Assembly: GCA_963674755.2 (NCBI GenBank)
Contig: CAXXVS010000003.1
Coordinates: forward strand, 512,001-576,000
DNA: 64,000 nt
Source of the DNA: Desulfobacterales bacterium
GTDB lineage: Bacteria > Desulfobacterota > Desulfobacteria > Desulfobacterales > UBA5852
Direction: 5' to 3'
Positions 1 through 10,023 of the stretch are shown in pieces (positions within the stretch are counted from its first letter, which is position 1; every line of letters begins with the position of its first letter). The notes under the pieces were generated by a model that worked only from the letters and a program-made list of their open reading frames with translations, was not told where the DNA came from and did no database searches. A program made the position numbers and the translations under genes.

Positions 1-645
1 ATCCGGCGGGGGGCATCAGGCCTCACCCTGTCGTCGAGCCATGTGGGCAGCATGGGCGGGCTGATGGCCATCAAACGCGGGGTTTGTCACCTCGCCGGAT
101 CCCATTTGCTCGACACCGATGATGGCTCTTACAACAGCTCCTATATTCGCAAATATCTGCCGGGAAGGGACGTCCGTCTGGTGCATCTGGTCATGCGGGA
201 TCAGGGGCTTATTCTGCCGAAGGGCAACCCCAAAGGCATCGCCGGCCTGGAAGATCTCGTGCGGTCGGAAGTGCGCTTCATCAATCGGCAGAACGGGGCG
301 GGAACCCGCATCCTGCTGGACTTCCAACTGAAAGCGCTGGGGATCGATCCCGCGGTTATCAACGGGTATGCCGACGAGGAATTTACCCACATGGCCGTGG
401 CCGTGGCCGTGCTCAGCGGTACGGCCGATGTCGGCCTGGGCATCCAGGCGGCGGCCCAAGCCCTGGCGTTGGACTTTATTCCGGTGGTTACCGAGCAATA
501 CGATCTGGTAATCCCGGGAGAATTCTTTGATGATGCCGGTATCCAGGTTCTTTTGGAAACCATCCGCAGTGACCGCTTCAAGCAGCGCGTTCAGGCGCTG
601 GGAGGGTATGGGACCGAGAGGACGGGGCAAATCCTGGAGGTGTGA
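1..645 (+). CDS. 5'-truncated C-terminal PBP (LysR substrate-binding-like) domain of a MoeA-type molybdopterin biosynthesis protein
   Basis: Frame open from base 1; motifs GSMGGL..HLAGSHLLD, FINRQNGAGTRILLD, EEFTHMAVA, ADVGLGI, EQYDLV typical of MoeA-PBP fusions. Confidence 0.8.
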   Translation: MRRGASGLTLSSSHVGSMGGLMAIKRGVCHLAGSHLLDTDDGSYNSSYIRKYLPGRDVRLVHLVMRDQGLILPKGNPKGIAGLEDLVRSEVRFINRQNGAGTRILLDFQLKALGIDPAVINGYADEEFTHMAVAVAVLSGTADVGLGIQAAAQALALDFIPVVTEQYDLVIPGEFFDDAGIQVLLETIRSDRFKQRVQALGGYGTERTGQILEV

Positions 646-649
646 GGCC

Positions 650-1012
650 TCAGTTAAGATCTTCTTCCGCAATACCGGCCGGTGCGGATTTGGCCACCTT
701 CAAGGGTTGCGCGCCTGGGCAGCGGTAGGCCTGGGCCGCGGCGGCCACACTATAGGTGTGCAGCCAAACGAGGTGGGTGGCGCCCGCCATCGCGGCCCGC
801 TGCATGACCCGCTGTTTAACGCCGGTGGTGTCGGCATAGTGCTTGAGGACACCACCGTCTTCCCGACCGGGGTTGGATGTTTCGGCGAAGGTGCCGATGC
901 ACTCACACTCCGACATCAGGGCGGCATCGGTTTCTACTAGCCCATAAAAGCGGGCACAGCCGGTCAGGACCATGAATGCGGCCGCAAGGGCCGCTAACGC
1001 AAAGCGGAGCAT
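650..1012 (-). CDS. Hypothetical lipoprotein
   Basis: MLRFALAALAAAFMVLTG-C signal peptide with lipobox; fills the gap between neighbours; start taken at the internal Met. Confidence 0.65.
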   Translation of the reverse strand: MLRFALAALAAAFMVLTGCARFYGLVETDAALMSECECIGTFAETSNPGREDGGVLKHYADTTGVKQRVMQRAAMAGATHLVWLHTYSVAAAAQAYRCPGAQPLKVAKSAPAGIAEEDLN

Positions 1013-1107
1013 TCTCTTTTCCTTTCCAATCCTTATAAACATTGCGAACGCATGGGACCTTCATGGATTATCGGCAGCTGGCCGCCAAACTTTAATCTTG
1101 GAGTGCC

Positions 1108-1701
1108 ATGGAAGGAACACGGCCATTGAATATTTTGAATACCCGCAAACTGACGGACTTACCTTTTCTTAACCTTTTCCGCACCCGTTACGAAGATCGC
1201 CACGGCGATCCGAAGGCCTGGATTTTTGCTTCCCGGCAGGACCCCCCGCGCCTTGTATCCGAAGAATGGTATGTTCCGGATGCGGTGGTCATCGTCCCCT
1301 ATCACGTCGCCCGGCGCAACATGGTGATTATCGAGGAGTTTCGTGTGGCGATAGGGGGTTACCAATACGGGTTCCCGGCCGGTCTGGTGGATGCCGGCGA
1401 AACGATCGAGACCACCTGCCGCCGTGAGCTTTTGGAGGAGACCGGCCTTACGCTTGGCCGCATCCTGCGGCAGAGCCCGCCGGTGCTGTCATCGTCCGGG
1501 ATTACGGACGAAACCGTCGCCATGGTGTTCGTGGAGTGCGACGGCACACCGAGCAATCGGGCCAACGAAGGATCCGAGGATATTCGCACACTGTTCGTTG
1601 GGCGGCAGGAAGCCCAAACCATCTGTGCGGCGGCGGATCGACGTATGGACGTCAAGACCTGGATCGTGCTGTCGGCCTATGCCCAGTTCGGGGTCATCTG
1701 A
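1108..1701 (+). CDS. NUDIX hydrolase (ADP-ribose pyrophosphatase-like)
   Basis: Nudix box GLVDAGETIETTCRRELLEETG; FPAG and SSGITDE motifs. Confidence 0.9.
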   Translation: MEGTRPLNILNTRKLTDLPFLNLFRTRYEDRHGDPKAWIFASRQDPPRLVSEEWYVPDAVVIVPYHVARRNMVIIEEFRVAIGGYQYGFPAGLVDAGETIETTCRRELLEETGLTLGRILRQSPPVLSSSGITDETVAMVFVECDGTPSNRANEGSEDIRTLFVGRQEAQTICAAADRRMDVKTWIVLSAYAQFGVI

Positions 1702-1823
1702 ACGGTTGGCCGTCGATTCCTGCTCCGGTTGACTTTTCACAGGGGGCAGTTATTATTCCATCAATGCGGGCAACGCTGGTTGTTCGGCCGTTAAAAAGTC
1801 ATGGCATGGGTTCTGCGAGGCGT

Positions 1824-2585
1824 ATGCGTTTTCTCCTTTATAATATTCGATATGGCGCCGGTACCGGCTGGAAAATTCATTTTCCGGTGCCTTTCAGCGG
1901 CTATCTCCGGCATACGAGTGATAATTTCCGCCAGATCACCGAGTTTATCCGGTCGGTCAACCCGGACATTACCGGCCTGATCGAGGTGGACAGCGGGTCT
2001 TTTCGATCCCATCGCAACAATCAGGCCCGGCTGGTGGCCGAAGAAATTCAGCACCATCACGTCTTCGGCAACAAATACAGCGGGCGCTCCATGGTGCGCA
2101 AACTGCCTTTGTTCAATAAACAGGGCAACGCCTTCCTGACCAATCAAGATGTCCGCAACTTGCGTTTTCATTATTTCAACCGCGGTTTCAAGCGCCTGGT
2201 TATCGAGGCCGAACTGGAGGAGTTCACCACCTTTGTGGTGCATCTCTCCCTGCATTACCGCCATCGCCAGGAGCAATTGCGGGATCTCTATCAATTGGTT
2301 CGCCGGTCCGGCAAACCGGTGATTGTGGCGGGGGATTTCAATGTGTTCCGCGGAGAAAGCGAGCTCACCCACTTTTTAGGGGCGAGCGGCCTGCTGAACG
2401 CCAACGCCGCCGGTCACCCCTCCCATCCCAGTCGGGCGCCGCGACGTCAATTGGATTTCATCTTGCACAGTCCGGGGATCGAGGCCCATGGATTCGAGGC
2501 GCCCCAGGTCCCCTTTTCCGATCATATCCCATTGATCTGGGATTTTGAAATTCGCCATTACAGCGGTATCGCCCGTGCGGCTTAG
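1824..2585 (+). CDS. Endonuclease/exonuclease/phosphatase (EEP) family protein
   Basis: MRFLLYNI start, GLIEVD, HL, VAGDFN, LDFI, SDHIP motifs; the extension to 1536 overlaps the NUDIX gene and is rejected. Confidence 0.88.
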   Translation: MRFLLYNIRYGAGTGWKIHFPVPFSGYLRHTSDNFRQITEFIRSVNPDITGLIEVDSGSFRSHRNNQARLVAEEIQHHHVFGNKYSGRSMVRKLPLFNKQGNAFLTNQDVRNLRFHYFNRGFKRLVIEAELEEFTTFVVHLSLHYRHRQEQLRDLYQLVRRSGKPVIVAGDFNVFRGESELTHFLGASGLLNANAAGHPSHPSRAPRRQLDFILHSPGIEAHGFEAPQVPFSDHIPLIWDFEIRHYSGIARAA

Positions 2586-2642
2586 GCCACAAGGTGTTCC
2601 CTGTGAGCGGGAATCCACCCGCAATATATAAGGAGGTTGGCC

Positions 2643-3206
2643 ATGGGAGCACAGATTCGTTGCCGCCGGTTAGGGCGTGTGGCCGGGATTGCCGCGGGGC
2701 TGTTCTTTATGGGGTGGGCCATGCTCGGCTGTGCTTCCGGTGTGTCGGAGGCCTCCCGCGCCATGGTGACTTACAAGGGGTCTTTTCAGGAATTGCAGGC
2801 CGCACCGGACCAGCATCGCGGTCAGGTTGTCATGTTTGGCGGACGGATTGTGGAAACAGCCCCCTCGAAGACCGGGACCGAGATCACGGTTCTTCAGTTG
2901 CCCCTGGGAATCTCGGATAAGCCCGCCCTCGACAAGCCTTCGGAAGGACGGTTTCTCATTGCGTCACCGGAATTTCTCGACCCGGCCGCCTATCCGAAAC
3001 TGACCCTCATTACCGTCGTCGGCGAGGTCACCGGTCATACGGTTCGGCCGGTGGGGGAGTATCCCTATGACCTGCCTGTTCTTCGGCCCATCGAAATCAA
3101 GCAATGGACAAGCAGTGATTGGGGAGGCGGTGGCGGGCCGGCGGTGAATGTGGGCATTGGCGCCGGCAGCCATGGCGGCGGCGCGGGCTTCGGCATTTCG
3201 TTCTAG
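2643..3206 (+). CDS. Slp family outer-membrane lipoprotein
   Basis: AGGAGG RBS; lipobox MLGC; VMFGGRIV, SEGRFL, FLDPAAY, ITVVGEV motifs; Gly-rich tail ending in F. Confidence 0.85.
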   Translation: MGAQIRCRRLGRVAGIAAGLFFMGWAMLGCASGVSEASRAMVTYKGSFQELQAAPDQHRGQVVMFGGRIVETAPSKTGTEITVLQLPLGISDKPALDKPSEGRFLIASPEFLDPAAYPKLTLITVVGEVTGHTVRPVGEYPYDLPVLRPIEIKQWTSSDWGGGGGPAVNVGIGAGSHGGGAGFGISF

Positions 3207-3221
3207 ACTTGAAGCCTTGAG

Positions 3222-3518
3222 CTAATCAGCGTCGGAGCCGTTGTTGATGCGATCCCGTAGCGCTTTGCCGACTTTAAAATTCGGCAGCCGTTTGGGCGAA
3301 ACGGACACCGCGGCACCGGTTTTCGGGTTGCGGCCGGTATAGCCGTCGTAGCGTTTGACTTTGAATGTACCGAAACCACGGATATCGACGCGATCGTCGC
3401 TTGCCAGTGACTCCGACATACTCTCAAAGATGACGTCCACGACTTGCTTGGCTTTTTTTTGGGACAAGCCCTCTTCCTGAGCGATAAGTCGGTTCAGTTG
3501 CTCACCCGTCAACTGCAT
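3222..3518 (-). CDS. HU/IHF family DNA-binding protein (IHF-beta-like)
   Basis: IRGFGTF..GRNPKTG..PNFKVGKALR signature; GGAGG RBS. Confidence 0.9.
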   Translation of the reverse strand: MQLTGEQLNRLIAQEEGLSQKKAKQVVDVIFESMSESLASDDRVDIRGFGTFKVKRYDGYTGRNPKTGAAVSVSPKRLPNFKVGKALRDRINNGSDAD

Positions 3519-3738
3519 TTCTCATTCCTCCAACCTGATCTGCGCTTTTGGCCTGGCTGCCATTCCGGCAACGGAATTATCGAATAATGCCTGTCAGTAA
3601 CGATAATTGTTAATCGAATCGAAGGAGGATTACAATACGGTAAAATAAAGGTCATAATACGTAGTTAAATAGAGTATTGAGGCCGATACAAATGGGGATC
3701 GGGCGCTGATCGATTTTCAGCCCGCCGGAGGGAACAGC

Positions 3739-3783
3739 AAAAAAGAAGGGCAGCCGCCTAAAGAACAGCGGCTACCCTTCTTT
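3739..3783 (-). terminator. Intrinsic terminator after glnA
   Basis: Minus strand AAGAAGGGTAGCCGC-loop-GCGGCTGCCCTTCTT followed by a T-run. Confidence 0.85.
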
Positions 3784-3832
3784 CCGGGGAGAAGCGGTCT
3801 GCGATATGGGATCGCAGACCACCTTGGGTTGT

Positions 3833-5245
3833 TTAGATATCGAAATACAGGAAGAACTCGTGGGGATGCGGTCTCAGGTTGACATCGTTGACCTCGTTGG
3901 CCGTTTTATATTCGATCCAGGTATCGATGACGTCCTGGGTGAACACATCGCCTTTGAGCAGGAAGGCATGGTCATCGGCCAGCGCGGCCAGGGCTTCCTG
4001 CAGTGATCCCGGCGCGGAAGGCACGTCGGCCAATTCTTCAGGCGACATGCCGTAGATGTCCTTGTCCAGGGGGTCACCGGGGTGGAGTTTGTTTTCGATG
4101 CCGTCCAGGGCCGCCATGAGCATGGCCGAGAACGCCAGGTAGCCGTTGCAGGACGGATCAGGTGTACGGAATTCGATGCGTTTGGCCTTGGGCGAGGCGG
4201 AATACATCGGGATACGGACCGAAGCACTGCGGTTGCGGCTGGAGTAGGCTAGGTTCACCGGCGCCTCGAAGCCGGGCACGAGCCGCTTGTAGGAGTTGGT
4301 GGTGGGGTTGGTAAACGCGCACAGGGCCCGGGCATGTTTCAGGATGCCGCCGATGGCGTAAAGGGCGGTATCGGAAACGCCGGCATAGCCGTCACCGGCA
4401 AAGGTGGGTTCGCCATCCTTCCAAATGCTGAGGTGGGTGTGCATGCCGGTGCCGTTGTCTTCAAAAAGCGGTTTGGGCATGAAGGTCACCGTATACCCGT
4501 TGCGGGTCGCCACGTTTTTCAGAACATACTTGAACCACATGAGTTGGTCGCCCATTAGCAGCAGCGGCTGGAAGCGCATGTCGATTTCCGATTGCCCGGC
4601 GGTAGCAACTTCATGGTGCTGGCATTCCACGGCAATGCCGAGTTCTTCCAAAACCAGCAGCATCTCGGTCCGTAGGTCCTGGAACTTATCCATTGGCGGA
4701 ACGGGAAAATAACCCTGTTTGTGGCGGGGCTTGTAACCCAGGTTAGGGCCCTCGTCACGGCCGGTGTTCCAGATGCCCTCAATCGAGTCGATTTCGTAGA
4801 AGGACCGGTGGCGGGAAGATTCGAAGCGAATTTCATCGAAAATGAAAAATTCCGCTTCCGGTCCAATAAAAGCCGTGTCGCCGATGCCAGTGCTCTTGAG
4901 GTAGGCTTCGGCCTTTTGGGCGATGTAGCGCGGATCCCGGGTGTAGGATTCCCGCGTCACAGGATCGACGATGTTCCCGATCAGGACAAGAGTCTCCGCC
5001 TCGAAAAAGGGATCCATTTTGGCCGTGGTCGGATCGGGAATGACAAGCATATCGCTGGCGTTGATAGGCTGCCAGCCGCGGATGCTGGAACCGTCAAAAC
5101 CGAACCCGTCCTCGAAGCTGGACTCGTCCAGTTCACACATAGGGACCGTAAAATGCTGCCACACGCCCGGGAAATCCAGAAAGCGGATATCCACAACCTT
5201 GGCGCCCTTTTCCTTTGCAAAAGCCAATACTTCTTTGGGTGTCAT
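3833..5245 (-). CDS. glnA: Glutamine synthetase type I (adenylylatable)
   Basis: [45 protein letters not shown]; adenylylation Tyr in DKDIY. Confidence 0.98.
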   Translation of the reverse strand: MTPKEVLAFAKEKGAKVVDIRFLDFPGVWQHFTVPMCELDESSFEDGFGFDGSSIRGWQPINASDMLVIPDPTTAKMDPFFEAETLVLIGNIVDPVTRESYTRDPRYIAQKAEAYLKSTGIGDTAFIGPEAEFFIFDEIRFESSRHRSFYEIDSIEGIWNTGRDEGPNLGYKPRHKQGYFPVPPMDKFQDLRTEMLLVLEELGIAVECQHHEVATAGQSEIDMRFQPLLLMGDQLMWFKYVLKNVATRNGYTVTFMPKPLFEDNGTGMHTHLSIWKDGEPTFAGDGYAGVSDTALYAIGGILKHARALCAFTNPTTNSYKRLVPGFEAPVNLAYSSRNRSASVRIPMYSASPKAKRIEFRTPDPSCNGYLAFSAMLMAALDGIENKLHPGDPLDKDIYGMSPEELADVPSAPGSLQEALAALADDHAFLLKGDVFTQDVIDTWIEYKTANEVNDVNLRPHPHEFFLYFDI

Positions 5246-5356
5246 AATGCTCCTCCTTGTTGAGTCATAAAGTGTAAACTTGCTTCACATGCGGCAAACC
5301 TAAACCCATCAATGATGAAAATCGAATATCGCGAAGCACCTGATACAAACAACATC

Positions 5357-5713
<357 letters not shown>

Positions 5714-5720
5714 TCAGTTG

Positions 5721-5742
5721 GACCGGCCGGATTCGGCCGGTC
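5721..5742. other. Intergenic hairpin between amt and P-II
   Basis: GACCGGCCG-GATT-CGGCCGGTC, perfect 9-bp stem, no U-tract. Confidence 0.5.
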
Positions 5743-5748
5743 GAAGCG

Positions 5749-7044
5749 TTAGACATTTTGAATTTCAAAGGCGCGCTCGCCATGCTGGGCATTGTCCAAG
5801 CCGGCCACCTCCTCGTCCTGATCAACGCGCAAGCCCCCGGTAATCAGTTTTGTAAGATAGGCGACGATCAATGTTCCCACGGCGGAAAAGGCAGCCGTAC
5901 CGAGGATCGAAAGAAATTGTACCCACAATTGTCCGGGGTTGCCGTAAAACAGGCCTTGGGCGCCCTCGGTGACGGCAGGATTGGCAAACAGGCCGGTGGC
6001 CAAAGCCCCCCATATGCCGCATAACCCATGGACGCCGAAGGCATCCAGAGAATCATCATAGCCCAGCATGTTTTTAAGTTTGGAAACACTGATATAGCCG
6101 AGCAGCCCGGCCAGAAGACCGATCAGGAGCGATGCCGGCATGTTTACAAAACCGGCCGCCGGTGTAATGGCCACCAATCCGGCCACGACACCGGAGGCCA
6201 GACCGAGCACCGTCGGTTTGCGCGTGACAAACCATTCCGCCCCCATCCAGGCCAGGGCTCCCATGGCGGCGGAAGTGTTGGTGACCAGAAAGGCCGAGCC
6301 TGCTACGCCGTCGGCGGCCAGTTCGCTGCCGGCGTTAAAGCCGAACCATCCGAACCAGAGCAAGGCCGCGCCCAGGGCCGTGAGGGAGATGCTGGAAGGA
6401 AACATGGCTTCCTTACCATATCCAATGCGTTTACCCACCACAAGGGAGAGTACCAGGCCGGCGACGCCGGCATTGATGTGGACCACGGTGCCGCCGGCAA
6501 AATCCAGGGCTCCCATGGCACCCATCCAGCCGCCGCCCCAGGCCCAATGGGCAACAGGCGAATAAACGAAGGTCAGCCATAGGGCTGCAAAAACGATCCA
6601 GGACGAAAATTTCATCCGGTCGACGATGGAGCCCAGCACCAAGGCTACCGTGATGCCGGCAAAGGTCATCTGGAAGAGCAGAAAAACATAGGTCGGAATG
6701 GTGCCCGAAAGGCTTTCCGCGCCAATGCCGTTGAGAAAGAGAAAGTCCAGACCGCCCACCAGCCCGGCCTGGCTGGGGCCGAAGGCCAGGGTATAACCCC
6801 ACATGACCCAGATGACGCTTCCCAGGCAATAGGCCACCATGGTCATGGCAATGGTATTGAGCAGGTTTTTGTAGCGGGACATGCCGCCATAGAAAAGCGC
6901 CAGTCCGGCCGGGGTCATCATCATGACCAGGGCCGTGGCAACGATCATCCAGGCGGTATCCCCGGTGTCGAGGCCGTCGGCGGCCAGCGCCGCCGCAGGT
7001 GCGGCCAATACGATAGCAAGAGCACTAAGCAGTTTTCTTGTCAT
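5749..7044 (-). CDS. amtB: Ammonium transporter, AmtB type
   Basis: Signal peptide; MMTPAGLALFYGG, DFAGGTVVH, WFGWFGFNAGS, DDSLDAFGVHG; start at MTRKLL overlapping the glnD end. Confidence 0.95.
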   Translation of the reverse strand: MTRKLLSALAIVLAAPAAALAADGLDTGDTAWMIVATALVMMMTPAGLALFYGGMSRYKNLLNTIAMTMVAYCLGSVIWVMWGYTLAFGPSQAGLVGGLDFLFLNGIGAESLSGTIPTYVFLLFQMTFAGITVALVLGSIVDRMKFSSWIVFAALWLTFVYSPVAHWAWGGGWMGAMGALDFAGGTVVHINAGVAGLVLSLVVGKRIGYGKEAMFPSSISLTALGAALLWFGWFGFNAGSELAADGVAGSAFLVTNTSAAMGALAWMGAEWFVTRKPTVLGLASGVVAGLVAITPAAGFVNMPASLLIGLLAGLLGYISVSKLKNMLGYDDSLDAFGVHGLCGIWGALATGLFANPAVTEGAQGLFYGNPGQLWVQFLSILGTAAFSAVGTLIVAYLTKLITGGLRVDQDEEVAGLDNAQHGERAFEIQNV

Positions 7045-9694
7045 GGGTTTCACGTTCCTCTCCGCGGTTGTCGGTGTCCGTATCGTTTTCAGGCGGCAGG
7101 GCCGCCTGAATGGTCGTTTTAATGCGTTCCACCTGCCGGGGGTCGTCGACTTTCTGGCCGTCGAAATCCCGAACGTAGAAAACGTCCACCACCTGATCGA
7201 CGTTGGTGGCAATCTTGGCCACCCATACGTCGAGTTGGCAGCGAAACAGGGCATCCGTAATGCGAAAGAGCAGGCCGGGAAAATCTTCCGCAAAGACTTC
7301 GACGATGGTGAAAAAGCTGGAAGTGGTATTGTCGATTTTGATGCGCTGCGGGCGGTCCATGGCGGCCGGCCGCGGTGAGCGGTAGGCCCTCATGCGGGAC
7401 TGTAGCCGTGCGGACAAATCCAGCTCACCTTCCAGAGCCCGGAGCAGATGCTGGTGGGTGCGGTCCCATTTATCCGTTTCAAAAATCGGGTCGGGAGGCG
7501 GTTGCACCTTGAAAATATCCAGGGCGATATTGTTGCGCCAGGTAAAGATCTGGGCATCCAGGATGTTGATCTTGTTCAGCGTAAACACGCCTGCAATACG
7601 CGAGAAAAGACCCGGCTGGTCTTTGGCGCACAAAGTAACGATGCGCGTATTGGAGGTCATGGAAGGTTCGATTTCCCAGACAAAGCGTTCTTCGCCCAAG
7701 GTCCGATAGAGCCGGATATGCTCCTGAATGACCTCCGGCGGAACATTCTGCAGGTAACGCGGCGAGAGAATACTAAAAAGGGCTTCCACCTCCTTTTGCC
7801 GGCGCTTGGGGGTATGGGCCAGCAGGGCCTCGTGTTTGCGCTCCAAATCGGCAACGGCCTCACGCGAAGCCAGTTCGCCCTTTTCAAGCAAGTTGAGCAC
7901 TTTCAGGAAAAGGTCTTTCAACAGGGCCGCCGACCAGCTGTTCCAGGCCTTGGGGCCGGTGGCCATGGAATCGGCCACCGTGAGCAGGTAGAGCATCTTG
8001 AGGCGATCGACGTCGTTGATGCGGCGGGCGCAGTAAAGCGCTGTTTCTTCGTCGTTGATGTCGCGCCGGGCAGCGGTCTTGGCCAGCAGCAGATGCTCCC
8101 GCACCAGGAAGGCCGCGGTATCGACCGCCGCCGGCGGATAGCCTTTTTCGGTCAGAATGCTCTTTGCGAGGACTTCGCCCTTCTCGGAATGATGGCCCCC
8201 GGGTTGACCCTTGCCGATGTCATGCAGAAGCGCTGCCCAGAGCAATAGTTTGCGCTGTTTGAGGTCGTCATAGATCCGGCAAGCCAGATCGTCTGACCGG
8301 TCGTCGGAGGCGTCCGCAAATTGTTTAAGGGTTTTTACGGTGCGCAACAGGTGCCGATCGACAGGGTAAATGTGATATTCATCATATTGAATGCAGTTGA
8401 TGACGGCGTGGAATTCGGGGATGAAGCGCTCCAGAAGCCCGGCTTGAAGCATGGCATTGAGCACGTTGAAGGTCGGCGCCGGCGCCTGGAGAATTTTTTC
8501 GAAGGATTTCACGGCAACGCGCGAGTTGCGCAATTCTGCGTCGCAAAGATGTCCGAACTCGCGCACGATGCGAAGGGCTTCCACCCCCAAGGGCAGGCGC
8601 AGTCGGGCGCTTTCCTCGAAAATTTGCATCAACAGCAGGGGGAATTCCGACACGAGGCGTGCGGATTCAAACTGCAACGCATCCTTCACGATGACAATGC
8701 CGTCGATTTTGGTAACTTTGGCACGGCGTCGGAAGCGGCGTATCCGTTTCTCATACCCCTGTTCAAACAGGAACATGAGGTGCTGCTGCTTGATGAATTC
8801 CATCTGGCCGTGGAGATCCCCCAGGAAGCATTCCACCGGCTGTTGGCCATTCACCTTGCGGTAGCCCAGTGCTTTGGCGAGTTTGAGCTGATTCTCAAAA
8901 TGCAGCTGGTCGTATTTGCGGCCGTTGAGCAGGTGCAGCCGATTGCGCACATTGTTGATAAAGGCCAGGGCGTCCTCCAACTGGCCGTATTCCTCGTGGG
9001 ACAGGAAACCGAGATATTCCAGATCGCGGGCCTGGGTCAGGCCGGCCTTGATGCGGGCGATCCAGAGCATGGTATGGTAATCGCGCAGCCCCCCCTGGCC
9101 CTCCTTGAGATTGGGTTCCAGGAGATAGGCTGAATCGCCGAACCGTTCGTGGCGGGCCTGGTTGGACTCCACCAGCCAGTCGACCACCTTGCGGGCATGC
9201 CGCAGGACCACTTTCTGGCGCAGCTGTTGGGTGAGGGACGTATAGAGCCGGGACATGCCGCAAACAAAGCGGGCGTCGAGCAGCGGTGTCATAATTTCAT
9301 AATCTTTACCGGCCAGAGAAAGACATTCTTTCAATGATCGGGTGGCGTGTCCCACATCCAGGCCGATGTCCCACAGAGGATAGACAATTTCCCGGATTAG
9401 CCCCTCGGCGGCATCCGGGACCCGTTTTTCAAACAGAATCAACAGGTCCACATCGGAGTGCACGCACTGGTCGCTGCGGCCATACCCGCCCAGAGCGATA
9501 ATGGCATAGGGATTGCGGGTGATGTTCATGCGCGGGCCGATGGCGCTGGTTTCGAAGCTGGTGCGGAAGTACTCGTCCACAAGCCCCGCCATGGCATGCA
9601 TGAACGCCGGCGCAGCCGTTCGCGGTAGTTCGCGGATCAGGCGGTTGCGGCCCGTTTCGAGAACTTTGGCCGCATTTGGTTCGGAATTTGCCAT
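7025..9694 (-). CDS. glnD: [Protein-PII] uridylyltransferase/uridylyl-removing enzyme
   Basis: ALGGYGR..SDVDLL, EPNLKEGQGGLRD, HD domain (LLHDIGKG), two C-terminal ACT domains; start moved to 9694 because the ATG at 9757 lies in the sigma54 promoter. Confidence 0.95.
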   Translation of the reverse strand: MANSEPNAAKVLETGRNRLIRELPRTAAPAFMHAMAGLVDEYFRTSFETSAIGPRMNITRNPYAIIALGGYGRSDQCVHSDVDLLILFEKRVPDAAEGLIREIVYPLWDIGLDVGHATRSLKECLSLAGKDYEIMTPLLDARFVCGMSRLYTSLTQQLRQKVVLRHARKVVDWLVESNQARHERFGDSAYLLEPNLKEGQGGLRDYHTMLWIARIKAGLTQARDLEYLGFLSHEEYGQLEDALAFINNVRNRLHLLNGRKYDQLHFENQLKLAKALGYRKVNGQQPVECFLGDLHGQMEFIKQQHLMFLFEQGYEKRIRRFRRRAKVTKIDGIVIVKDALQFESARLVSEFPLLLMQIFEESARLRLPLGVEALRIVREFGHLCDAELRNSRVAVKSFEKILQAPAPTFNVLNAMLQAGLLERFIPEFHAVINCIQYDEYHIYPVDRHLLRTVKTLKQFADASDDRSDDLACRIYDDLKQRKLLLWAALLHDIGKGQPGGHHSEKGEVLAKSILTEKGYPPAAVDTAAFLVREHLLLAKTAARRDINDEETALYCARRINDVDRLKMLYLLTVADSMATGPKAWNSWSAALLKDLFLKVLNLLEKGELASREAVADLERKHEALLAHTPKRRQKEVEALFSILSPRYLQNVPPEVIQEHIRLYRTLGEERFVWEIEPSMTSNTRIVTLCAKDQPGLFSRIAGVFTLNKINILDAQIFTWRNNIALDIFKVQPPPDPIFETDKWDRTHQHLLRALEGELDLSARLQSRMRAYRSPRPAAMDRPQRIKIDNTTSSFFTIVEVFAEDFPGLLFRITDALFRCQLDVWVAKIATNVDQVVDVFYVRDFDGQKVDDPRQVERIKTTIQAALPPENDTDTDNRGEERETHDKKTA

Positions 9695-9740
9695 TTTTAC
9701 CTTTGGAGGTCTTATCGTGATAGACTGTATGTGGGCTTTG

Positions 9741-9756
9741 AGCAATTGTTGTGCCA
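9741..9756 (-). promoter_or_regulatory. sigma54 (-24/-12) promoter of glnD-amtB-glnB-glnA
   Basis: Minus strand TGGCAC-AACAA-TTGCT, exact consensus spacing. Confidence 0.85.
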
Positions 9757-9834
9757 TGGGCCGCTGTAGTCAACTATAATAATAATTACAGGCAGATATG
9801 ATGATAAGCCACAATACGTTAAAAACCTTCAAAT

Positions 9835-9878
9835 TACATTTATGTCTCGAAACGGCCCCATCAAATTACAAAAATGTA
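9835..9878. promoter_or_regulatory. Tandem palindromic putative activator sites
   Basis: TACATTTATGTC (9835-9846) and TACAAAAATGTA (9867-9878), 32 bp apart. Confidence 0.7.
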
Positions 9879-10023
9879 TCCTTCTTCCTTAATTAAACGG
9901 TTTTTTCGGTGTGCCGTGAGGTGTGTGACGGGGAGCGCCCGGCTGGAGCCGCACGCGGGGAGTAAAGGTGTTAAGGCGGCCAGGCCCTTGTTTCGCAGGT
10001 GAGCGCGGGCCTGGTAAGAAAGG

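Noticed and set aside
7045..7293. N-terminal extension of amtB
   Set aside because: Overlaps the glnD ACT domain; the signal peptide begins at 7044
9695..9757. Longer glnD start at 9757
   Set aside because: Lies inside the sigma54 promoter, upstream of the expected transcription start
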